Source: Andalucia godoyi And28 (lineage: Eukaryota; Protista; Jakobida). From it: a stretch of DNA of 64,000 nucleotides. Shown here piece after piece: positions 55,101-62,862 of this stretch. Numbering within the stretch: the stretch's first letter is position 1; every line of letters starts with the position of its first letter. A program made the translations under genes and the position numbers. The DNA lies in the NCBI GenBank assembly GCA_009859145.1, contig VRVR01000022.1:186001-250000 (forward strand), in the 5' to 3' direction. The notes beneath the pieces were generated by a model. It saw nothing but the letters and a program-made list of their open reading frames with translations. It had not been told where the DNA came from and made no database searches.

Positions 55101-56102
55101 TTGTTCTTCGGCTTGAACTGGAAAAGATGTTTCTTTCCATCCACACAGACGTACGCTTTATCCTTGTACGACGAATGTTCCTTGGCTTCCGAGATCTTTG
55201 GAACCTTTAGGAGAGTTAGTTCTTTGGAATTGTTATTCAATGACGCGAGTCTCGCTGTCAACTTGGCGTGCAAACCATCTGGATTGGAATGTCCATTCGC
55301 TGCTGCTGGCAATGCAGCATGAGAAGTCTGAGAAGTCGATGATGGCCTTCCAAGAGACGGCTTCGCACTTGCAGGGCGGACTGCGGATCCCTTTTGCTGG
55401 ATTATTGCGGCAGGCTTACTCGAAGATTTGGACGAAGGAGCAGCATCAGCAGCTGTTGACGGTCTTTTCAACGCGGAGGGCTCTGGTCGCGCATGCTCCC
55501 TCGCTGGGATCTCGGATTCCGACAAGAGGCTGTCAAAGTCGTCGTGATACAATTCCTCGTTTTTCCTGGAGGACTCAGATGGGCAGTGATGATCCTCGAT
55601 TTCAGCCTGAGAGCAGTTTGATCCATCCACATGATTTTGCATTTCATCCTCGACCAAAATGGACGGTTTCACAACAGAGCAACTACATGTTTGAATGAAA
55701 AACCACGCCTTCTTGTTAGAATACCATACCAAACCAGAAGAACATATCGATCCGCGTGTAATTTCGATGCAGAACGAGGGAAAAACATACAATAGAGTTT
55801 CCGCAGTTTGCAACTGTACAAGCCGATTCAAGTCCAGATCTTGTTGCTCAACTCCCTAAACAGTGTGTACGCACAAACATCGAAATGTGCATTCATGGGT
55901 GAGTATTGCAGAAAAAAACACAGAGCACATAAGTGACAAGGAAAGGAAAGGCAGACAGAAGACATACTTCTTGGATAGACAATGCGTCTGTCACAGATCC
56001 AGCAAACCCGAACGAACCACACCAACAGATAAGCAACAGCGAATAATTTTCACAACATGAGTGAGCACAAGTTTCCAAAGAAGAAGGAACACACACGCAC
56101 AC

Positions 56103-56149
<47 letters not shown>

Positions 56150-56206
56150 GAAGTAAAGCATACCGTTGAGATGGCCCACAGAGACGACGCGATAATTATC
56201 AGACAT
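49116..56206 (-). CDS. CEP350: CEP350-like centrosomal/basal-body protein; 5 exons 56206-56164, 55987-55968, 55855-55791, 55682-55078, 54931-49116; 2182 aa
   Basis: Four GTATG(T/C)...AG introns give a 6549-nt frame. IQ-like 'AAAIQIQTIFRGWIVRR', 'ELERMKQQSEAQRENMSLAQML' (cf. CEP350 'AQQESVSLAQII') and the C-terminal DUF4378/TRM-type motif 'EEWSKFSSDEEQIVGSLVDEIFDFLLLDT'. No CAP-Gly motif seen. Confidence 0.7.
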
Positions 56207-56465
56207 GTGCACGTCTAGCAGGGTTCGACAAATAAACCCACCAACTAACCAACTATTACGTGAATATAAGAAAAAACAAAATAATGAATGAAAGAAGAAG
56301 AAGACTAAGCGAACACGATGATGAAAAAACTTTTCTTTTGTGTTGCCTGGATATAATTGTGAGGCAGCAAATCAAATAACGGGAATATTTACAGTCGCGG
56401 CCGCCCGTGGTGGCGTCAATAGTATCATGGTTCCCCGTTTTCAAGCTTCTTCTCCCAGAAAGAGC

Positions 56466-57866
56466 CTAAAAATCGGGCATGAGTCGTGAGGCATCCAATT
56501 GCTCTTCAGACGGAGGTTCTTCACGCTGGATACGCGTCCATTCTTGCACAATGTCCTGGAGAGCACCTGCACTGTCTCGAAACAGCGTCTTTGTGTCGTC
56601 GCCTTCTCCAGCGTACTCTTCGTAATGATGCAGATAGACCTTGCGCTTGAAGAGCTTATTGAACCGTGAAAGCATGCGATCTCCAATTTCCGCCATACAG
56701 CAATTATTCGACAACGTCAACAGAGAATACGGGACTTTTGGCGCCACCGGCGGAAACGAGCACAGGCCGATCTTGAAGCCATCCGAATTCCAATGGGCGA
56801 ATGTCAGTTCTGGTCGCAGTCGCATGATATTATTGTTGATGTCAGACACTTCGACATTTCCTCGAACAAGCAGACCACATGCAAGGTACTTGAAAGACCT
56901 TGGATTGCACTCCACCAACTGCGACTCCTTGTTGAAAGCATCCGTGAACATCTGATTCACGTGTCGTGGAGCTGCGGTTTGCACCGGAACGTTCTTCGGT
57001 GCGGAGGAGATCACTGGAGAAAGGGACGGAATCAAAAAATGCAGTCGCGGGTATGGAACGAGGTTCATCGTGATTTCGTTGAGATCGATATTCAGCTTCC
57101 CGGGAAACCGCATCGAGGATGTGAGATGGGTCAGCAAATTGGCTGCAATTGTATTCATTGCCTCAAACGCCTCGCTCTTCTTTCCGTCAGGGTTGATCAT
57201 ACCGGAAGAAGACGCCAACCGAGCTAGCGCAGTGTTCTCGACTGGAAGCACACAATCCGCATGCTCAATCAGCTGTCGCATTGCTAACACGGAGTTGTAT
57301 GGCGACGTGACGACGTCATCGTCTGCCGAGGGAAATACCGCGTTCACGAAGCGGTATACATCTGGAAATCGATCCTCAAGCATGTTGAGGATATAGGTGC
57401 CGAGGCCAGATCCTGTGCCACCGCCCATGGAGTGAATGAGAAAGAAAGACTGCAGAGACTCGCACATTTCCGCCTGTTTCCTTACAGATTCTTCAATCAC
57501 ATCGCTGTACGCAGGCCCATAGTGACAGAATCCGTGTGCCCAGTTGTTTCCAGAGCCGGAATTCGCAGTGATACATTGCGTGTCTGGGTCAAATAAGCTT
57601 CCCAACACGGACCGTTGGGTGTAGTGGTTCACAACGCTTTCTTCCATATCCACCAAAACCGCACGAGCTCTCAAGTGGGAAACCTTGGAATTCAGCGGCA
57701 GCGACGATCCTTCCTCATCGAGATTTCGAAAGAACGACGCCATCGAATCATCAAACACCTTTTTCGAGTATACCGTGTGCTCTTTCAGCGCAGTGTCCCA
57801 AAATCGGCAGCCAATTTGGTTGCCACACTGTCCAATTTGGATCGTAATCAACTCTCTACTCGACAT
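56466..57866 (-). CDS. TUBE1: Epsilon-tubulin, 466 aa
   Basis: 'RELITIQIGQCGNQIGCRFWD.AL.EH', 'LRARAVLVDMEESV', 'SGSGNNWA.G', GGGTGSG, 'MRFPGKLNIDLNEITMNLVPYPRLHF', 'FKRKVYLHHY'. Confidence 0.95.
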   Translation of the reverse strand: MSSRELITIQIGQCGNQIGCRFWDTALKEHTVYSKKVFDDSMASFFRNLDEEGSSLPLNSKVSHLRARAVLVDMEESVVNHYTQRSVLGSLFDPDTQCITANSGSGNNWAHGFCHYGPAYSDVIEESVRKQAEMCESLQSFFLIHSMGGGTGSGLGTYILNMLEDRFPDVYRFVNAVFPSADDDVVTSPYNSVLAMRQLIEHADCVLPVENTALARLASSSGMINPDGKKSEAFEAMNTIAANLLTHLTSSMRFPGKLNIDLNEITMNLVPYPRLHFLIPSLSPVISSAPKNVPVQTAAPRHVNQMFTDAFNKESQLVECNPRSFKYLACGLLVRGNVEVSDINNNIMRLRPELTFAHWNSDGFKIGLCSFPPVAPKVPYSLLTLSNNCCMAEIGDRMLSRFNKLFKRKVYLHHYEEYAGEGDDTKTLFRDSAGALQDIVQEWTRIQREEPPSEEQLDASRLMPDF

Positions 57867-58280
57867 CAAGGGTCGTTTTTTCCCCTTCTCTTTGGGCTGT
57901 CTATCTTTTCTTTTCCTTTCTTTTTTTTAAAAAAAAAATCTTTTCCCCTTTCCCCTCTTTCTTTTTGTATCACCCTACTTCCCAACAGCAAACAGCTAAC
58001 AGCAACGTCTATATTTGCAAACAGCACTGGGCCTCCTTCTTCCAAAAAACAAAACCAAAACCAAAACCAAAACCAAGGCAAATAACCATGAAAAACACAA
58101 AGGAAGCAGTGGTTGAGTCTCGGGAATGTCTCCCGCTGAAAACTGGTGTCTCTTGCATTTTCACTACTTGGTGTTTCTCAAGTTGGCCAGGTTTTCGAAG
58201 AGTCTCATCATGCAGATTAGGGGGTCTTAGAGGTATACTTGTTTCTGGTGTTTGAAGATCTGGTCTCGAGAGCCATACAC

Positions 58281-60599
58281 ATGTTTCGTAGCGTTGGAGT
58301 ACTTTTGCGTGGAAGAAGAGGATTTGATCGGGGTTTCTGCAATGTCCCTCATCTCGTGACCATTCGGCTGTTTTCTGCACTTCCGGCAGACGCATCGGCA
58401 GAAGTGGTGAATACACTGAAACCAAAGACCAAGAGAAAGAGCTTGCGTGACCAGAATGCAGAGATGCACCTCAACGCTGGATCCGGAGTCATTTTTTCAG
58501 CCGAGGAAACGCTGGAGCAAGAACGAAATGTGTTTTTCTCGTCGAATGCTGTGCATGTTCCGTCGCACGAGATTGAGGATTTGCTGCGAGACAATGGGCT
58601 GGATTTTCGGGCTTCGGATGACCACTTTATTGTGCGGCTGTGCCCCTTTTGTCACCCGATCAAGGATGTTGCAAGTAATATGTACAAGTTGTATGTTCAT
58701 CGCACCAAAGGACTGTATTGCTGTCATCGCTGCCGAGCGCGTGGACAGTACTCGGACTTGGTTCGGAAACTGAGCAAAGAAGTGGACCTGAGTTCGCTTC
58801 CCGAGTCTTCATATTCGTCCTCGATGACCGCGGATGCGCATGGTGCCTCAGTATCCACGACCAGTAACTTGATGGCTGGGTCACAACCGAAGAATACCAG
58901 CAATTCCGTGTACACTGGGTCCGCGAACGCCATTGGTTCCGAGTCGCTCAAGCTTGCGCACGATCAGTCTGTGGAGGACCTTTTCAAGAACCCAAAGTTC
59001 GTCGGAGCGCTGCAGTACCTCCAGAGTGTTCGGGGATTCAACCACGACACTATTCGAGCGTATCGTGTGGGCGCGAAGATCCATTCTTTCTTCGAGCCGA
59101 AAGCTGGCGCGTCTCCAATGGATGTCAAGTCAATGGATCGCGTGGAAAAGCACGTATTCGCGTTCCCCTGGTTTGGACCACCAAAAATGTCAGAATTGAT
59201 GGATCCCAAGTCTTCTCTGGTGATTCGGAGGTTGAAGATCAGGAGCGTGGATGACAAATCCAAAATGGCGCTCTATCCCGCTGGCGCGAACTGGGGGCTG
59301 TTTGGATGGCATCTGATTCACAAGATGGTGCAAAATGGAGACGCTGTGGATTCGGTCGTGTTGACGGAAGGAGAATTTGATGCAATGGCGGTGTATCAGT
59401 CCACAGGCATCCCCGCGCTGTCGCTGCCCAACGGCGCCTCGTCGCTGCCAGAAGAATGCGTCGATTTCCTTAGCCCGTTTTCTCGTATCATTTTATGGAT
59501 GGACAACGATCAGGCAGGTGTGGAGGGCGCGAGACGATTTGCTGAAAAACTTGGAATTGAACGCTGTTTCATTGTCGGTTTTGATGACCCGAAAGCACCA
59601 AAGGATGCGAACGATGCGTTGCGTGCAAAGATGGACATGAAGAAGATGATCGACGCATCCAAACAGCTGAATCATAAGGCAATCTGCTCCATGCGAGATC
59701 TTGCAACCTCCATTCGTGTGCAGTTGGCCAATCCGGAAAAACTCGCTGGAATATCCTTCACGTCCTTGCCGAAGTTCACGCAGATTATCAAGGGCCATAG
59801 AAGAGGCGAAGTCACGATATTTTCTGGCCCCACCGGCATTGGGAAAACGACCATTCTGTCCCAAATGTCATTGGATTTGTCGATGCAGGGAGTGTCCACT
59901 CTGTGGGGCTCTTTTGAAATTCCGCTAAGTACCTTTGCGAGAAAACTGTTGCAACAGTTCGCGGCCGCCCCCATTGAGGCAGAGCAGGTTCCCGAGCTGA
60001 TCGACCAGTTCGAGTCCTCGGTGCAGATGTACTTTCTGCGGTTTTTCGGCTCCACGAAATTGCAAGACGTGTTGACGGCGATGCGATTTGCGATTGTTCG
60101 GTATGACGTAGGGCACGTCATTATCGACAATTTGCAGTTCATGACGTCTGGCCAGGCGATGGGGGTTGGCAAGTTTGATTTGCAAGAAAAGGCAATTGAG
60201 GAATTTCGGTCCTTTGCCACGCGCAACAACGTTCATGTGACTCTTGTTGTTCATCCAAGAAAAGAAGACGATGATCTGCCCTTGTCGCTTGCTTCTGTGT
60301 TTGGGAGTGCCAAAGCAACGCAAGAAGCAGACAACGTAGTTTTCATTCAGAGATACAAGGGAGATCTGTATCGTTTCCTGGACGTGAAGAAGAATCGATT
60401 TGACGGCTGTGTTGGCTCTGTTCCGTATCGCTTCGAACACGAAACAAACCGCATCTATGAGATGACCAACGACGAAGTCCAAGGAGTGCTGGGAAATTCC
60501 CAGATGTCGGATGCCGGTTCATCGTCTCCAGGTTTGTTCAAGTCTGGCGACAGTCCGCGGCGGTTTCAAAAGCCGACGTATAAACCGTCGCGTTCGTGA
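58281..60599 (+). CDS. TWNK: Twinkle mitochondrial primase-helicase (T7 gp4-like), about 772 aa
   Basis: Arg-rich presequence-like N-terminus; Zn finger CPFC...CHRC; TOPRIM 'LTEGEFDAMA', 'MDND', 'KDAND'; helicase GPTGIGKTT, VIIDNL, LVVHPRK, FGSAKATQEADN. Confidence 0.95.
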   Translation: MFRSVGVLLRGRRGFDRGFCNVPHLVTIRLFSALPADASAEVVNTLKPKTKRKSLRDQNAEMHLNAGSGVIFSAEETLEQERNVFFSSNAVHVPSHEIEDLLRDNGLDFRASDDHFIVRLCPFCHPIKDVASNMYKLYVHRTKGLYCCHRCRARGQYSDLVRKLSKEVDLSSLPESSYSSSMTADAHGASVSTTSNLMAGSQPKNTSNSVYTGSANAIGSESLKLAHDQSVEDLFKNPKFVGALQYLQSVRGFNHDTIRAYRVGAKIHSFFEPKAGASPMDVKSMDRVEKHVFAFPWFGPPKMSELMDPKSSLVIRRLKIRSVDDKSKMALYPAGANWGLFGWHLIHKMVQNGDAVDSVVLTEGEFDAMAVYQSTGIPALSLPNGASSLPEECVDFLSPFSRIILWMDNDQAGVEGARRFAEKLGIERCFIVGFDDPKAPKDANDALRAKMDMKKMIDASKQLNHKAICSMRDLATSIRVQLANPEKLAGISFTSLPKFTQIIKGHRRGEVTIFSGPTGIGKTTILSQMSLDLSMQGVSTLWGSFEIPLSTFARKLLQQFAAAPIEAEQVPELIDQFESSVQMYFLRFFGSTKLQDVLTAMRFAIVRYDVGHVIIDNLQFMTSGQAMGVGKFDLQEKAIEEFRSFATRNNVHVTLVVHPRKEDDDLPLSLASVFGSAKATQEADNVVFIQRYKGDLYRFLDVKKNRFDGCVGSVPYRFEHETNRIYEMTNDEVQGVLGNSQMSDAGSSSPGLFKSGDSPRRFQKPTYKPSRS

Positions 60600-60720
60600 A
60601 AAACGGTGCCCATACTGCGAACACCCCTGCGCACGCTGCAAAAATAAAAAAAAAATGCCAAGAATGTTATGTAAACAGATCTATACTGTTTGCTGTAAAT
60701 ATAAAAATGAACCGTTGAAT

Positions 60721-61020
60721 AATAGCAGTCTGATGCTGACGTGGGGCCACTACCAATTCCAGCAACGTTTGTTCCATAGGGCGACCGAGTAGCGCAAGCG
60801 CGATGTTGCCATTGTGACGGAGGAGTACACATCCAAAACGTGCGGGCGCTGCGGGTAAGATCCCATGCACGTCGAGGCGGAAGCAGCAAAGTGTTTGCAT
60901 GTCCCGCGTGTAGCTCGCAGATTGATCGAGATTGGGATCGGAGCGCAGAACATCTATCTGAAGAACGCCGTGAGGCGTGTTGGGGCCGATCCCCTTCCCG
61001 GCAACGGGATGCAAGATTGA
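60721..61020 (+). pseudogene. 3'-terminal remnant of a Fanzor/TnpB (IS200/605- or IS607-derived) RNA-guided nuclease gene
   Basis: Stitched across an in-frame TAG (60790), a TAA/frameshift (~60856) and a frameshift (~60936): LMLTWGHYQFQQRLFHRATE*RKRDVAIVTEEYTSKTCGRCG / HARRGGSSKVFACPACSSQIDRDW / GAQNIYLKN. This is the W.H..F..RL, V.E.YTSKTC..CG, C..C...DRD.N.A.NI zinc-ribbon/RuvC-III signature. Confidence 0.85.
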
Positions 61021-61101
61021 ATATGCATGCCTATTCGTAGATATGCATGTTCACTGTATAATGTAGGCGTGTTTCAGAACAAGGCATTCAATCGACGCCT
61101 A
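60965..61101 (+). ncRNA. Candidate Fanzor omega-RNA scaffold overlapping the remnant's 3' end
   Basis: Four consecutive hairpins: ACGCC-GTGA-GGCGT, GGGG-CCGAT-CCCC, TCCCG-GCAA-CGGGA and a 16-bp stem with a TTCG loop (61018-61053). There is also an 8-bp long-range complement (61015-61022 with 61086-61093). Boundaries are inferred. Confidence 0.6.
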
Positions 61102-62520
61102 TCGATGTGATTACCAGAATTCTCTGTCGTATTGCAACTGCGGAAAAGTCTGTTTAGGGGTCGCAAAAGGCACTCGCAAGTTTGCAAGCTCGCAAGAGTC
61201 TGCGGAGATCGGTTTTTTCCCGACTTCCGAGTCCCAGCGTGTGCGCGTGGTCTGATTCCTGGAGCCCGGAGCGGTGGGAAAATGCGTGGGCAGCCGTTCT
61301 CCACACCCCCGAAGCCCTAAATGCACGGCATGCATGGTGCATCTCCGGCTTCCGAGGAACGGAAGGATCACAAGATTCACTCTTGTTTTGGCCTGTCCGC
61401 ATGTCTGGTCTGTCGAGGGCTTCCAAGCTGCCAGCAGCGCAGTTACAAAAATGCCGCCGTACCCGCTGCTGCACGTGCCCGGGCGTCTCCCAGCAAAACA
61501 TGTCTGTCACGATCCGCGATTCCTCTTCAGAGACAAAAAGACTTGCAGGTTTGCTACGACGTCTGCGCACATCCCAGCAGTAGCAAAAGAGACGCAGATG
61601 GAATGTGATTTCAACCGTCGTATCAGACTCTTACACAGCCCTTGCGTGTAGTGACGAGCAGGATCCCTCCAGACACAAGTCGACCCACACTGCCTCAAAA
61701 AAAAAAAACCCAACCCGAGTAAAACAGAATTCGACAACAACAGGGGATGGGGAAAGTCAATGGCGACACACGTTTCCCGTAGATAGACAGCTTGTCCCGA
61801 CTGCCCCTCCCTCGTCGTCATCTATTTCCACACCCCATCTTGCGATTGTCCGGAATTCTCGGGACTTTTCAAGCACATTCATAGTCGAAAACATCCTGCT
61901 TTCCTCGTTTGCTTTTCCTTTCGTTTCCACCACGAAAGGTGTTTGTGTTTTGTTTTTGCATTCTCCTTTTCATTTATTTATTTATTTATTGGTTCCCCGC
62001 TACTACTTCTTCGTTCTTTTTATTTTATTTTATGTTATTTATCACTTTGCAACTGTATATTTAGCTGGTCTGCGTTTCCCAGGCTTATTTATATATTTAT
62101 CGCTGCGTTCGACAATCGCGTCACCTGTGTGCGACACTGTCATACATCAGTTCTTTCAGTTCCTTTGACTCACACACACAACACGTTGCAACAACAGCAA
62201 CAAGAAAAATCAACGAGTGAAAAAAAAAATAATCAAGAAAAAAGCCTATTCTTCGCTGCGCCATTGACACTGACTTGACAGCCTTTGAATATCTTGTCTC
62301 GTCGTATCCCTTCTGTTTCCATCCCCTTAGTTAGCTCCCGTTTAGAGGCGACATTTCCCCCTCGTTTTTGATTCTATTTAATTTCTATTTATTTTTTCAA
62401 AAGAGACGTTTCTCTTCTCCCCTTGTATTGCGTAGCGTGGGTTTCCCTTCCACCCCTGCATATACACTCGCATTTTCCAGCATTCTGCCCGAGTAGAATC
62501 TGCACTACACAAAAACTCTC

Positions 62521-62830
62521 ATGAGCAACCAACTGCCTTTTGGAACAGGAAACCCCTTTGTTCCTAACTTTGCCCTTTTCCAGCAGCAGCAACCACAGCT
62601 ACAATCACAGCAGCAAGTCACACCCTCAAATACACAAAATCAGTCGAATCCTGGGTTGGCGTTCCCTTCCTCTATGAGCGCTGGCCAGTTGGACTCGATG
62701 CGTGCGATGGTCCAAGGTGCGTACGGCACTGGTGGATCCGGTGGCATGTCCTCCGACCAACAACAACAACAACAACAGCAGCAGCAGCAGCAACAACAAC
62801 AACAACATCATCAACAACAACAACATCATC

Positions 62831-62862
<32 letters not shown>

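Noticed and set aside
60600-60720. CPYC...CARC pattern in ORF 60511..60792, and a weak inverted match (CCGTTGAAT vs ATTCAATCG) as a Fanzor left end/TIR
   Set aside because: The Cys pattern overlaps the Twinkle stop/3' UTR and a poly-A run. The inverted match is only 7/9 and has no TSD.
61142-61633. RNase P/MRP RNA (GGAAAAGTCTG with CAGACT as P4)
   Set aside because: Spacing and the CR-IV/CR-V consensus do not fit and no convincing P1/P2 was found. Kept only as an unexplained block in findings.
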